From: an uncultured Acidimicrobiales bacterium
GTDB lineage: Bacteria; Actinomycetota; Acidimicrobiia; Acidimicrobiales; UBA10347
Assembly: GCA_943788915.1 (NCBI GenBank)
Contig: CALSSD010000024.1
Coordinates: 1 to 37,651, forward strand
Length of the DNA stretch: 37,651 bases
Direction: 5' to 3'
In this document: positions 19,148-29,234 of the stretch, piece by piece
Position numbering within the stretch: position 1 is the first letter of the stretch
How the letters are laid out: the number at the start of each line of letters is the position of its first letter
Made by a program: the position numbers and the translations under genes
Notes under the pieces: model-generated
Database searches by the model: none
Told to the model about the DNA's origin: nothing
What the model saw: only the letters and a program-made list of their open reading frames with translations

Positions 19148-19152
19148 TGGGC

Positions 19153-19389
19153 ATGTCTGAAGTGTCGATTAGAGAGTTGCGAAACCATGGCGGCGAGGTT
19201 GTGGACCGCGTAGCGAGCGGTGAGCACGTGACGGTGACGCGCCGAGGGAAGCGAGTTGCCGAACTCCGTCCCGTGCGCTCCGCCGCGCTGCCGATCGCAG
19301 AGTTGATGCGCAGGCGCGCTCACCTCCCGCTGGTTAACCCAGCGGAGCTTCGCAGCGATCTCGACGCCGTGATCGATGCCTCGTTATGA
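19153..19389 (+). CDS. vapB: Phd/YefM family antitoxin
   Basis: VSIRELRNHGGEVVDRVASGEHVTVTRRGKRVAEL. Confidence 0.92.
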   Translation: MSEVSIRELRNHGGEVVDRVASGEHVTVTRRGKRVAELRPVRSAALPIAELMRRRAHLPLVNPAELRSDLDAVIDASL

Positions 19390-19799
19390 GTGCGAACGGC
19401 ATTCTTGACACGAGCACTCTGATCCTCCTTGGCAGAATCACTTCGACCGATGCTCTCCCGGAAGCAGCATTCATCACTGCTGTGACCCTGGCGGAGCTGT
19501 CCGTCGGTCCGTTGGTGGCGACGAACGACGAAGATCGTGTCGCACGCCAAGCCCATCTACAGGCTGCCGAAGCCGACTTCGATCCACTTCCTTTCGACGC
19601 CGCTGCAGCGCGAGCCTTCGGTGGCGTGGCAGCGTCGTTGAGACGCAGCGGCCGCAAGGCAACAGCGCGCACGTATGACGCGATGATCGCTGCGATCGCA
19701 GTCGTTGCCGAGCTACCGGTGTACACCTGCAATCCGAACGACTTCACCGGAATCGATGGGCTCGAGGTCGTCGCAGTACCGCATCCTGATCACGACTGA
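19386..19799 (+). CDS. vapC: PIN-domain toxin
   Basis: ILDTSTLI, TLAELSVG, YDAMIAAIA, YTCNPNDF; ATGA overlap with the antitoxin. Confidence 0.93.
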   Translation: MSANGILDTSTLILLGRITSTDALPEAAFITAVTLAELSVGPLVATNDEDRVARQAHLQAAEADFDPLPFDAAAARAFGGVAASLRRSGRKATARTYDAMIAAIAVVAELPVYTCNPNDFTGIDGLEVVAVPHPDHD

Positions 19800-20175
19800 C
19801 GGCCCGCCACACGAGCCGGCTATGCCGAGACCTTGCGCCTGACCCCACAGTTGGTGATCAGGTCTCGCCACACAGCAAGCGTACGCCTCGGCAAAGACAC
19901 CGCTGCCTAACCCAGGACGGCGATATCGAGCGATCGGGTCGCTCGTAGCGCCGGATACCGGGTGCGCCGTTCGTGAGTGCAGCCCGCGAATATCGGTCGG
20001 GTCCGAGGGGTGGCCTGGGGAGCTGTCGCTGTGAGCGGTGAGCGCCGCTGGGCGAGTGACTAGCGGCTGCTTGGTGTGGCTTGTCGGGCGAAGTCTTCGC
20101 CCGTCGGGTGCCGCTGCAGTTGGTGTAGCGCTGCCGCTTCTCTAGTTTGGTGGTTGACGCCGACGGGGGCCCGCT

Positions 20176-21768
20176 ATGACATTTGAACACGCAGACCTGA
20201 TGCCGCAGCGGGTTGCGCAGTGGGCACAGGAACGACCACTTGACCCGGCGTTGCGTCATGTCGATGGCAGCGTGCTTACCTGGGCCGAAGCGCACCACGA
20301 ATCACTCCGGTGGTCGAGTGCTCTCGAACGGTTGGGTGTGGTGCACGGCGAACCGGTCGTGACCGTGTTCGTAAATACGTTCGAAGCGTTCCACTCATGG
20401 ATGGGATGCGCGTGGCTTGGCGCCATCGACTCGCCAATCAACACCAACTACAAGGGTGACTGGCTACGTCACGTCATCGACAACACCGGCGCTCGTATCG
20501 TCCTGGCTCAGGATCGTTTCGTCGTAGCGGTCTTCGATGTTGCCGATCAACTGACCCATGTCGAAACCGTGGTGGTGTTCGGATCATCGGCCGACATACC
20601 CGATGGTCTGCCATTCACGGTTATGACAAGTGACGAATTCCTGGCTGATGCAGAAGCCAAGGAACGTAGCGAACCGGTGCCGTGGGATGTGTCGTCGCTG
20701 ATCTACACCTCGGGAACTACTGGCCGATCTAAGGCCGTACAGGTGCCATGGGGGCATTACCGATCGACACTCGAGAGCGGCTTCATCCCGGTTGACCGAC
20801 TCCACGACATCAGAATTTATGCACCGTTTCCGGTGTTCCATATCACCGGCAAGGGCGGGTTCTACTTCGCCGCCAGGTCAGGGCAACCAGCAGTGATTCG
20901 CGAGGCGTTCTCGATCACCGACTACTGGGACGACATCCGCAACTTCGACGCCAACGCCACCGTGTTGCTCGGTCCGCTGGCCCACATGTTGATGCAGCAG
21001 CCTGAACGCCCAGACGATGCCGACAATCCGCTCAAGTCGGTCGCCCTCGTACCGGTCATCCCCAACGTCGATGACTTCATCCAGCGCTTCGACGTCGATA
21101 TCTATACCTGTTACAACATGACCGAGATCAACTGCCCGGTCATCCAACAGCACCCGATTACGAATGCCAACCATCGCAGTTGCGGCCAGGTGCGATCCGG
21201 CGTCGAGGTCCGCGTCGTCGATGAGTTCGATCAAATCGTGCCGCCCGACACGCCGGGCGAGATGATCATGCGGACTGAGCCATGGGAGATCAACACCGGG
21301 TATTGGAACATGGCCGACAAGACGAACGAGGCGTGGCGCAACGGATGGTTCCACACCGGCGATGCGTTCACCTATGACGACGACGGCAACTTCTTCTTTG
21401 TTGACCGAGCCAAGGACTACATCCGACGTCGAGGCGAGAATATCTCAAGCTTCGAAGTCGAAGCGCTGGTGAACGAATACCCGGCAGTCACCGAGTGCGG
21501 TGCATGCGCGGTACCCGCTGAGGAAGGCGAGGATGAGGTGAAAATCGCGGTCGTGATTGCCGAGGGCGCCGAGTTCGATCCGGCTGACCTGATTGCCTTC
21601 TTGGTGCCTCGTATGCCGCGCTTTGCGATTCCTAGGTTCATCGAGATCTGGGATGAATTACCGAAGACCGAAGCGACCGCCCGAATCCAGAAGGCCAAGA
21701 TCCGCGACGCCGGTGTCACCGACATCACCTGGGACCGCGTGAGTGCCGGAGTCAGCCTGCCTCGATAG
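20176..21768 (+). CDS. ATP-dependent acyl-CoA ligase (CaiC-like AMP-binding protein)
   Basis: IYTSGTTGRSK, YNMTE, WFHTGD, FVDRAKDYIRRRGENISSFEVE, LPKT. Confidence 0.95.
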   Translation: MTFEHADLMPQRVAQWAQERPLDPALRHVDGSVLTWAEAHHESLRWSSALERLGVVHGEPVVTVFVNTFEAFHSWMGCAWLGAIDSPINTNYKGDWLRHVIDNTGARIVLAQDRFVVAVFDVADQLTHVETVVVFGSSADIPDGLPFTVMTSDEFLADAEAKERSEPVPWDVSSLIYTSGTTGRSKAVQVPWGHYRSTLESGFIPVDRLHDIRIYAPFPVFHITGKGGFYFAARSGQPAVIREAFSITDYWDDIRNFDANATVLLGPLAHMLMQQPERPDDADNPLKSVALVPVIPNVDDFIQRFDVDIYTCYNMTEINCPVIQQHPITNANHRSCGQVRSGVEVRVVDEFDQIVPPDTPGEMIMRTEPWEINTGYWNMADKTNEAWRNGWFHTGDAFTYDDDGNFFFVDRAKDYIRRRGENISSFEVEALVNEYPAVTECGACAVPAEEGEDEVKIAVVIAEGAEFDPADLIAFLVPRMPRFAIPRFIEIWDELPKTEATARIQKAKIRDAGVTDITWDRVSAGVSLPR

Positions 21769-21805
21769 CCGACGTGGCCGTCCACGCTTTCGCAGGCGCG
21801 CTTGC

Positions 21806-22237
21806 TTACGAGCTACGCACCAGCTTGAACATGGGAATCTCGCGCTCTACCGAGGCCTGGTAGTCGCCGAAACGAGGCATGGCGGCGGCCATTGCATTGA
21901 ACACCCGGGTGCGCTCGTCGCCTTCGGTCTCGATTGCGGTTGCATCGAATCGTTCGGACCCAACCTCGAGCACAACATCGGGGTGCGCCTTGAGGTTGAA
22001 GTACCAAGCCGGGTGTTTCGGATCGCCGCCTGCAGATGCCATGACAATGAAGTCATCGCCATCGGCATGGTAGGTGAGAGGCGATGTGAGCTGACGGCCG
22101 CTCCTGGCGCCACGCATAGTGACCAGCAGCATCGGGTTACCCTCGAACCTGCCACCGCAGGCTCCGTCGTTGTGTCTGAACTCCTTGATGATGCCGGCGT
22201 TGAACGCCACTGTTTGTTCGTTGGTCATTCCATGCAT
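21806..22237 (-). CDS. Deazaflavin (F420)-dependent nitroreductase family oxidoreductase (Ddn-like)
   Basis: FNAGIIKEFR, GARSG...SPL, ASAGG..HPAWYFNLKAHP, YQ...REIP; AGGAGG RBS. Confidence 0.92.
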   Translation of the reverse strand: MHGMTNEQTVAFNAGIIKEFRHNDGACGGRFEGNPMLLVTMRGARSGRQLTSPLTYHADGDDFIVMASAGGDPKHPAWYFNLKAHPDVVLEVGSERFDATAIETEGDERTRVFNAMAAAMPRFGDYQASVEREIPMFKLVRSS

Positions 22238-22432
22238 GGCTTCGCCTCCTGGCGATAACTCGAGGGGGTCGGGGATTGGGCTCCGCTCGCCGTGTTAACC
22301 GGTCAGAGCGCACACCTGACGGTGCGACCGTAGCTGACTGATTGCAACGGTCTTGAGATCGGGGGAGTAGTGGCGTCCAGCTCGGAACGGTTACGGGCGG
22401 CAACACCGCCGCTCACTACTGTGGGAACTCCT

Positions 22433-23110
22433 ATGACGAGGCAACTGAACCAGCCCGAAGAATCCAGCCCCATGGTCGATGTTGCCGCTGCTGTTCGGCG
22501 TCTTTCCGAGGCGCTTATCACTCGCCAACTCGATGGCGATATCGCCAGCGCGACGGCAGCTGAGCTGGTGACCATTGCCGCACGAGTTGAACAAGAACCA
22601 GCGAGGTCGAAGGCCGAGAACTTCGGCCTGCGCAACCGCATCACCTCGTTCATGGAGACGGGTGTGTGGCCCGATCCTCCGCCGGACGGCTCGAAGCTCG
22701 AGTTCGACGTGGCGTCTGTGATCGGCGGGAACTTGAACCCAGCCAGCGTTGGTGCCGAGTACTTTCGCGACGGAAACGAAGTGATCGGCCGCGTCAATGT
22801 TGGGCGTTGTTTTGAGGGGCCTCCCGAGCGGGTGCACGGCGGCATCATCTGTGCGCTCTTCGACGAGGTCATGGGTGCCGTTTTCCGAGCGAACGGCACG
22901 GCATCCGCATTCACAGGGGAGTTGGCAGTGCGCTTCGAAGCGCCGTGTCCGGTCGGCGTTGATCTGGAATTCCGGGCCCGCCAAGTGGGTGAGAGCGGCC
23001 GGAAGCGTTTCCTCGAGGGCGAGGCGAAGTCTCCTGATGGCCGTTTCGCGTCGGCAACGGCGACGTTTATCGAGATGCGCATCGACCATTTCGTTGATAC
23101 CGCCGAGTGA
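22433..23110 (+). CDS. PaaI family thioesterase
   Basis: FEGPPERVHGGIICALFDEVMG hot-dog motif; start uncertain. Confidence 0.88.
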   Translation: MTRQLNQPEESSPMVDVAAAVRRLSEALITRQLDGDIASATAAELVTIAARVEQEPARSKAENFGLRNRITSFMETGVWPDPPPDGSKLEFDVASVIGGNLNPASVGAEYFRDGNEVIGRVNVGRCFEGPPERVHGGIICALFDEVMGAVFRANGTASAFTGELAVRFEAPCPVGVDLEFRARQVGESGRKRFLEGEAKSPDGRFASATATFIEMRIDHFVDTAE

Positions 23111-23165
23111 TCTGATTCGGTCGAAATCTTCGTTACCAAGGCCCACTATCCCTAGTGTCGAAGGT

Positions 23166-23681
23166 GTGAACACTTCGACCAGTTGGCCCCATGCGGTCTT
23201 CGACGAACTCAAACAAGCCAGCGTGCGCCATGTGGGTTACGTGCCCGATGCCGGGCACAGCAAGCTCATCGAGATGTCCATCGACGATCCCGAGATCACT
23301 ACCTCGATGCTCACGACCGAAGAAGAGGGCATCGCGATCGCGACCGGTGCATGGCTCGGCGGCATGCGCTCGGTAGTGCTGATGCAATCGTCAGGTGTCG
23401 GCAACTGCATCAACATGTTGTCGCTGCCGGTACAGACTCGAACGCCGTTCCTCACGATCGTGACCATGCGGGGCGAGTGGGCCGAGTTCAACCCATGGCA
23501 AGTCCCGATGGGGCAAGCCACTCAGGCGTCACTCGAGGCAATCGGGGTACAGGTGGTTCGTGCCACCACCGGCGACGAGGTCGTGGCAGCGGTGGCACAG
23601 GGCGCAACGATGGCGTACGAAGCCGATCAACAAGTTGCCGTGTTGATCAGCCAGAAACTGCTGGGAAAGAAGACATGGTGA
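23166..23681 (+). CDS. comD: Sulfopyruvate/phosphonopyruvate decarboxylase alpha subunit
   Basis: YVPDAGH, TTEEEGIA, LMQSSGVGNCIN, MRGEWAEFNPWQVPMG; GTG start after TAGTGT. Confidence 0.85.
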   Translation: MNTSTSWPHAVFDELKQASVRHVGYVPDAGHSKLIEMSIDDPEITTSMLTTEEEGIAIATGAWLGGMRSVVLMQSSGVGNCINMLSLPVQTRTPFLTIVTMRGEWAEFNPWQVPMGQATQASLEAIGVQVVRATTGDEVVAAVAQGATMAYEADQQVAVLISQKLLGKKTW

Positions 23682-24268
23682 ACGCTCCAATGATGGATCG
23701 CCGGGCCGCAGTGCAGCGGCTCATGGACACCCGTGACGAAGCGCTCGTTGTGACCGGCCTGGGGTCGCCGAGTTACGACGTCCATGCGGCAGGCGATCAC
23801 GACGCGAACTACTACCTGTGGGGAGCCATGGGGGGCGCGGCGCTCGTCGGTCTCGGCCTTGCGCTGGCTCAGCCGACACGTCGGGTCATGGTCGTTACCG
23901 GCGACGGCGAGCAGCTCATGGCATTTGGGTCGATGGCGACCATTGCGGTGGCGAAGCCGAGCAACCTCGAGGTCTTCGTCCTAGACAATGAGCACTACGG
24001 CGAAACAGGGATGCAGGCTAGTCACACGGGCCAGGGCATCGATCTCTCGGCCGCTGCGGCAGCATGCGGTTTTGCCGACACCGCGGTGCTTCACACTCTC
24101 GGCGAGGTGGACGCTCTCACGACTCGTCTCGTCACCGAACCAGCAGCAGGTCCTCGTCTGTACGTGTTGAAGATCGCGAGCGAGAACCCGCCACGATCGC
24201 TCCCTCCTCGAGATGCGGTGTACATCAAGAATCGGTTCCGTTCCCATCTCGGGCTCGCTCCAAACTGA
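23675..24268 (+). CDS. comE: Sulfopyruvate/phosphonopyruvate decarboxylase beta subunit (TPP-binding)
   Basis: YLWGAMG, GDGEQLM...DNEHYGETG TPP motif; overlaps the alpha stop (alternative GTG start 23678). Confidence 0.85.
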   Translation: MVNAPMMDRRAAVQRLMDTRDEALVVTGLGSPSYDVHAAGDHDANYYLWGAMGGAALVGLGLALAQPTRRVMVVTGDGEQLMAFGSMATIAVAKPSNLEVFVLDNEHYGETGMQASHTGQGIDLSAAAAACGFADTAVLHTLGEVDALTTRLVTEPAAGPRLYVLKIASENPPRSLPPRDAVYIKNRFRSHLGLAPN

Positions 24269-24313
24269 GGTTTCGGTCGCGTAAACAACCGGCGAGCGCC
24301 TAGATTCTGACCG

Positions 24314-25351
24314 ATGACGACATACAGCTTTCTCGATGATTACAGCGAGGGTTGCCACCCAGAGATCCTGCATTTGCTGGGCACGTCGAATATGACGCAG
24401 CAGACCGCCTACGGCAACGATGCGTACACCATTGAAGCGCGGCGCCTGATCGCCGAACGATGCGGTCGCGTCGACGTGCCGGTCCACTTTGTTGGTGGAG
24501 GCACTCTCGCCAACCTGATCATCTGCGCTGCAGTCCTGCGCCCCCACGAGGCAATCATCTCGCCAGCATCAGGACATATCGCTATGCGGGAGACCGGAGC
24601 GATCGAGGCCACCGGCCACAAGATCATTTCGGTCCCGCCAGTAGAAGGAAAACTGACACCACAAGCAGTCGAAGATGCCGTTGCTGGTAACAGCCAGGGC
24701 CCGCACATGGCCAAACCTCGCATGGTGTACATCTCCAATGCCACTGAGTTCGGCACCGTCTATTCGCATGACGAGCTGAAGGCACTCCGCAAGACGTGCG
24801 ATGTGCATGACCTGTTGCTCTTGATCGATGGCGCTCGGTTGGGCGCCGCGCTCGGTTCCGATCACGCTGGCGGGGCGACGTTGGCCGACGTCACCGCGCT
24901 GGCCGACATCTTTTGGATCGGCGGAACGAAGGCGGGCACCCTCTTTGGTGAAGCAATCGTTATCCCAAACAGCTCTCTTGCCGATGATTTCGACTACCAC
25001 ATCAAACAACGAGGTGCGCTGCTGGCAAAGGGCCGCTCGTTGGGCGTGCAGTTTCAGGCGCTCTTCTCCGACGGCCTCTTCGAACGTTCAGCTGATCACG
25101 CTAACGTCGCTGCCCAGACGCTCGCCGCAGGTGTCGTGTCTGCAGGTTTTGAACTTGCGGCAGAGACCGAGAGCAATCAGGTGTTTGCACTCCTCCCGAA
25201 CCCCGCTATCGAGTCACTGCAGCAGTCGTTCAGCTTTTACGTATGGGAACCACGTACAGATGACCAGTCGGTCATCCGGCTCGTTACGTCATGGGCAACG
25301 GACACAGCGCAGGTGGCGCGGTTCGTCGAGTCGATCAAGGCCCTTAACTGA
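24314..25351 (+). CDS. ltaE: Low-specificity L-threonine aldolase (PLP)
   Basis: FLDDYSEG, GGTLANL, ETGAIE, DGARL, IGGTKAG.LFGEA, IRLVTSW. Confidence 0.9.
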   Translation: MTTYSFLDDYSEGCHPEILHLLGTSNMTQQTAYGNDAYTIEARRLIAERCGRVDVPVHFVGGGTLANLIICAAVLRPHEAIISPASGHIAMRETGAIEATGHKIISVPPVEGKLTPQAVEDAVAGNSQGPHMAKPRMVYISNATEFGTVYSHDELKALRKTCDVHDLLLLIDGARLGAALGSDHAGGATLADVTALADIFWIGGTKAGTLFGEAIVIPNSSLADDFDYHIKQRGALLAKGRSLGVQFQALFSDGLFERSADHANVAAQTLAAGVVSAGFELAAETESNQVFALLPNPAIESLQQSFSFYVWEPRTDDQSVIRLVTSWATDTAQVARFVESIKALN

Positions 25352-25544
25352 GAATCATTTCCCAGCAGAAGGTCGAATGAACTGATACGTCGGCGTAGCT
25401 GGCACCGTTGAAGGTGGCGGTCTTTGCGCCAACCGGGGTGCCGATGGAGCCGGAACACCTTGGTGCGGCGAATCGGAGGGGTCGCGGTTTAGGATCGGGC
25501 GAATTAGCCTGACTCCGGTTTGTTCCGATACCTGAGGATGAGAC

Positions 25545-26561
25545 ATGGCTGGTGGCCTAGTCGGCTTGTTAGATGACATAGCGGCGCTTGCCAAGCTGGC
25601 CGCGGCATCGATCGACGATGTTGGCGCTGCTGCGGGCCGCGCAAGTGCCAAGGCAGCTGGTGTTGTTGTCGACGACACCGCGGTAACGCCAGCGTATGTG
25701 CAAGGTCTCGCGGCTGAACGTGAGCTTCCAATCATCAAGAAGATCGCCGCTGGTTCCCTCAAGAACAAGCTGCTTTTCATCCTGCCAGCGGCGTTGTTGC
25801 TCAGCGCTGTCGTGCCGATCCTGGTCGAAGTGATACTGATGTTCGGTGGCACCTACCTGTGTTACGAGGGTGCCGAGAAGATCTACCACAAGCTCAAAGG
25901 CGACGACCACGATCACGATCAGCCGGTTGTGATGAAGGGCCCCGAAGCCGAGGCTGAAGTCATCAGCGGTGCCGTCCGGACCGACTTCATTCTGTCGGCC
26001 GAGATCATGGTCATTGCGCTGAAAGAAGTCCTCGACGAGGGTCTCCTCGCTCGGTCGATCATCATGGTGGTCGTTGCTCTGTTCATCACCGTCATGGTCT
26101 ATGGCGTGGTCGCCTTGATCGTGAAGATGGACGACATTGGACTATCGCTCGCAGGTCGCCAATCCGAGACAACACAGAAGCTCGGACGGGGCTTGGTCAC
26201 CGGTATGCCGATCCTTCTTCTGTGGCTAACAATCATTGGCACTGCGGCCATGTTGTGGGTCGGAGGCCACATACTGATCGTCGGCGCACATGAACTGGGC
26301 TGGGACCTGCCGTACGACATCGTCCACGATCTCGAGGAATCAGTGCACGATGTCGGCAGCATCGGTGGCGTTCTTGGCTGGCTGGTAAACACGGCGATAT
26401 CTGCAGTTGTGGGTCTGGTCTGGGGTGGCCTTGTGGTGGCCGTCGTATCCCGACTGCCGTTCGTCTCCCATGGCAATGATCACGATGACACCGCTCATCC
26501 TGGGGTCGAAAACGGCACCGACCACAACACTGAACACAGCGCAGACTCAGACACGCACTGA
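25545..26561 (+). CDS. DUF808 (YedI-like) membrane protein
   Basis: LLDDIA, KAAGVVVDDTAV, RELPII, GAVRTDFILSAEIM, IVKMDDIG. Confidence 0.9.
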   Translation: MAGGLVGLLDDIAALAKLAAASIDDVGAAAGRASAKAAGVVVDDTAVTPAYVQGLAAERELPIIKKIAAGSLKNKLLFILPAALLLSAVVPILVEVILMFGGTYLCYEGAEKIYHKLKGDDHDHDQPVVMKGPEAEAEVISGAVRTDFILSAEIMVIALKEVLDEGLLARSIIMVVVALFITVMVYGVVALIVKMDDIGLSLAGRQSETTQKLGRGLVTGMPILLLWLTIIGTAAMLWVGGHILIVGAHELGWDLPYDIVHDLEESVHDVGSIGGVLGWLVNTAISAVVGLVWGGLVVAVVSRLPFVSHGNDHDDTAHPGVENGTDHNTEHSADSDTH

Positions 26562-26582
26562 CGCTGCGCCTAAGCTCGATGA

Positions 26583-27254
26583 GTGGCGTCAAATCAAGAT
26601 CATTCACACGACGATCAGCCTGATCATTCCCACGATCATCATCATGGGCATGATCATGAACACGGTGAGTTCAGCGAGCTAAGCGACATTGAGCTACGAG
26701 TGCGAGCGCTCGAATCGCTGCTGACCGAGAAGGGTTTCGTCGATCCGGCGACACTCGATGCACTTGTGCAGTATCACGAAGAGAAGATTGGCCCCCGTAA
26801 TGGGGCCGAGGTCGTGGCCAAGGCCTGGACCGATCCCGAGTACAAGACCTGGTTGCTTAGCGACGATGCTTCGGCCGCCATTGCCAGTGTTGGTTTCGAG
26901 GGCCGCCAGGGCGAAGACATGGTCGTGCTCGAGAACACTGACCAAGTCCACAATATGGTCGTGTGCACCTTGTGTTCGTGTTACCCATGGCCAGTCCTGG
27001 GGCTCCCGCCGGTGTGGTACAAGTCGGCGCCGTACCGGTCGCGAGCGGTCAGCGAACCTCGCACCGTGCTGGCAGAGTTCGGCACTGAGCTCGGCGACGA
27101 CGTCGACGTCCGGGTGTGGGACAGCACCGCAGAATTGCGCTATCTCGTGTTGCCACAACAGCCAGCAGGTACCGAAGGCTGGTCGGCAGAACAACTGGCC
27201 GAGATCGTGACTCGGAACTCCATGATCGGTACCGAGATCGTGCCCGCACCATGA
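26583..27254 (+). CDS. nthA: Nitrile hydratase alpha subunit, cobalt type
   Basis: [12 protein letters not shown] (Thr/Tyr = Co-type signature), [18 protein letters not shown]; His-rich N-terminus. Confidence 0.96.
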   Translation: MASNQDHSHDDQPDHSHDHHHGHDHEHGEFSELSDIELRVRALESLLTEKGFVDPATLDALVQYHEEKIGPRNGAEVVAKAWTDPEYKTWLLSDDASAAIASVGFEGRQGEDMVVLENTDQVHNMVVCTLCSCYPWPVLGLPPVWYKSAPYRSRAVSEPRTVLAEFGTELGDDVDVRVWDSTAELRYLVLPQQPAGTEGWSAEQLAEIVTRNSMIGTEIVPAP

Positions 27255-27907
27255 ATGGGGCTCATGACATGGGTGGCGTTCACGGATTTGGTCCCGTCGT
27301 CCAAGAGGAGGATGAGCCGAACTTCCACGCGAAATGGGAAGAGCGGGCGTTTGCACTCACGCTCGCTTCGGGTGGCGGTAGATGGAACCTGGACATGAGC
27401 CGGTTTGCCCGCGAAAATGCACCGCCGGCCGACTATCTCTCCCGTAGTTATTTCGAGATGTGGGCCTACGGTCTCGAAAAGCTCATCGTGGACAACAACA
27501 TGGTCACGGCCGAAGAGCTTGAGGCCGCCCGGGCGGGGGAGCACTTCGACTCCACTGAATCGCCTGGTTTGGCTCCGCAGAAGGTCGTGGGTGCAATGCG
27601 CCGCGGTGGTTCGGCCCGGGTAGACGCCGATGTCCCACCTCGATTTGAGACTGGTCAGCGGGTGCGGGCCAGCGTCGACGCTCCGCCAACACACACCCGT
27701 TGCCCTGGTTACGTTCGCGGCCGTACCGGCGTCATCGATCGAGATCATGGCGTATTCATCTTTCCCGACACCCACGCGCATGGCCGCGGTCCGAAACCGC
27801 AACACGTCTATGCGGTGCGATTCGAGGCCAGCGAATTGTGGGGCAGCGCCAACCAAGGCGGCGGCGTATACGTAGATCTATGGGACGACTATCTGGAGCT
27901 CGCATGA
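27251..27907 (+). CDS. nthB: Nitrile hydratase beta subunit
   Basis: [45 protein letters not shown]. Confidence 0.96.
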   Translation: MNGAHDMGGVHGFGPVVQEEDEPNFHAKWEERAFALTLASGGGRWNLDMSRFARENAPPADYLSRSYFEMWAYGLEKLIVDNNMVTAEELEAARAGEHFDSTESPGLAPQKVVGAMRRGGSARVDADVPPRFETGQRVRASVDAPPTHTRCPGYVRGRTGVIDRDHGVFIFPDTHAHGRGPKPQHVYAVRFEASELWGSANQGGGVYVDLWDDYLELA

Positions 27908-28272
27908 CGAATATCTGGACTGACCCTGGCAGCGATGTGTTACCAGCGTTGCCTCGTGACCACGAGGGTCCTGTCTTCGCCGAACCATGGCAGGCGCAAG
28001 CGTTCGCCATGGCGGTGCGGCTCCATGAGCAGGGCCACTTCACGTGGACTGCATGGGCGGCTGAGTTGTCTCGCCAGATCGAGGCAGCGGGTCCTCACGA
28101 CACCGCCGACTACTACGAACACTGGCTGGCCACGTTGGAATCACTTGCGACCACAAACGATCTCACCTCGACCTCTGAGCTTGCAGACCGCAAATTGGCG
28201 TGGCAGCGGGCGGCCGAAGCGACTCCACATGGACAGCCGATCGCGTTGGGCGCCGAGCTCGGCCTCGACTAG
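27904..28272 (+). CDS. Nitrile hydratase accessory/activator protein (P14K/NhlE-like)
   Basis: PVFAEPWQAQAFAMAV, YYEHWL..LE, TPHGQPI. Confidence 0.92.
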   Translation: MTNIWTDPGSDVLPALPRDHEGPVFAEPWQAQAFAMAVRLHEQGHFTWTAWAAELSRQIEAAGPHDTADYYEHWLATLESLATTNDLTSTSELADRKLAWQRAAEATPHGQPIALGAELGLD

Positions 28273-28421
28273 GGCTGGTCTATGCAGCTCGGAACCCACA
28301 TGCGCGAGCGGCACGCAGCGGCGTGGCGTTGGTAACCAACGTTGACTGCTCCAGCGGCAATGGTGTGCAGGGTTTCGTTGAGCTACGGAGATCGGGAGCG
28401 CTGCTGCGTTAACGTTCGTTC

Positions 28422-29234
28422 ATGACCCCGACGCTTTCGCATGGCGATCTGCACGCCTACTTAGACCGGATTGGGATAGACGCTCCAGCGGGTCCGGGCC
28501 TCGACGCACTGATGCGATTGCAGCTTGCCCATTTGCAGGCCGTGCCGTTTGAGAATCTGGCCATTTTTGCGGGAAGGTCAGTCACCGCTGACAACAACTG
28601 GACGTTCTCGAAGGTCGTTGATCAGATGCGGGGCGGTTGGTGTTTCGAACTCAACGGTGCTTTCGCCCAGCTGCTCGAGGCAGTTGGTTTCACCGTGCAT
28701 CGTTTGGCGGCTGCCGTTTTACTTGGGGGTCCAAACCAGGTGGTGGATCATCTCGTGCTCGAGGTCGTGCTCGATCAGCCCTATCTCGTCGAAGTTGGGT
28801 TTGGCGACAACGCCCCGATCGTGCCGCTGCCGTTGCAGGCCGTTGGACCGATCGAGACCCGGTGCGGCACATTCGAGTTCCTGAACAGTCCCCAAGGCAC
28901 CACGTTGGCGCAACTCGTCGATGGCGTGCCGGAAGCGCGTTATCGATTCAAACGGGTGAATCACCAGCCACGAGACTTCGAACCGGTTTCGATGAGGCTT
29001 CAGTCAGACCCTGCTCTGCATTGGAGTACCTCACCGTTTGCGACTCGACTGCTCGATGACCAGGGCACGAGAATCATCCTCACCAGGGACCGACTGAAGA
29101 CTTGCCGGGGCAACGATATCTCCGAGCAATCAGTGGATCCTGATGACTGGAACGATGTGTTGTTCGAACACTTTGGCATTGTCGAGTCGGTGCCGCCCGA
29201 AGCACTCGAACGTCGGCCAGACTACGGGGTATGA
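28422..29234 (+). CDS. nat: Arylamine N-acetyltransferase
   Basis: YLDRIG, VPFENL, RGGWCFELN, HLVL, EVGFG. Confidence 0.9.
   Translation: MTPTLSHGDLHAYLDRIGIDAPAGPGLDALMRLQLAHLQAVPFENLAIFAGRSVTADNNWTFSKVVDQMRGGWCFELNGAFAQLLEAVGFTVHRLAAAVLLGGPNQVVDHLVLEVVLDQPYLVEVGFGDNAPIVPLPLQAVGPIETRCGTFEFLNSPQGTTLAQLVDGVPEARYRFKRVNHQPRDFEPVSMRLQSDPALHWSTSPFATRLLDDQGTRIILTRDRLKTCRGNDISEQSVDPDDWNDVLFEHFGIVESVPPEALERRPDYGV

Noticed and set aside
20085..20103. Palindrome CGGGCGAAG-T-CTTCGCCCG as a member of the TCCCC-W-GGGGA family
   Set aside because: Shares only the 1-nt centre geometry, not sequence; function unsupported
18913..20175. Prophage/ICE integrated at tRNA-Val
   Set aside because: No integrase, att duplication or phage genes visible
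19858..20298. 146-aa minus-strand ORF
   Set aside because: No motifs, Arg/Pro/Ser-rich shadow-ORF composition, overlaps the acyl-CoA ligase
22797..23165. Long N-terminus for comD; likewise extended starts for comE, nthB, the accessory protein and ACAD
   Set aside because: Overlap upstream genes in another frame or lack protein-like sequence; better starts have coupling or -10 signals
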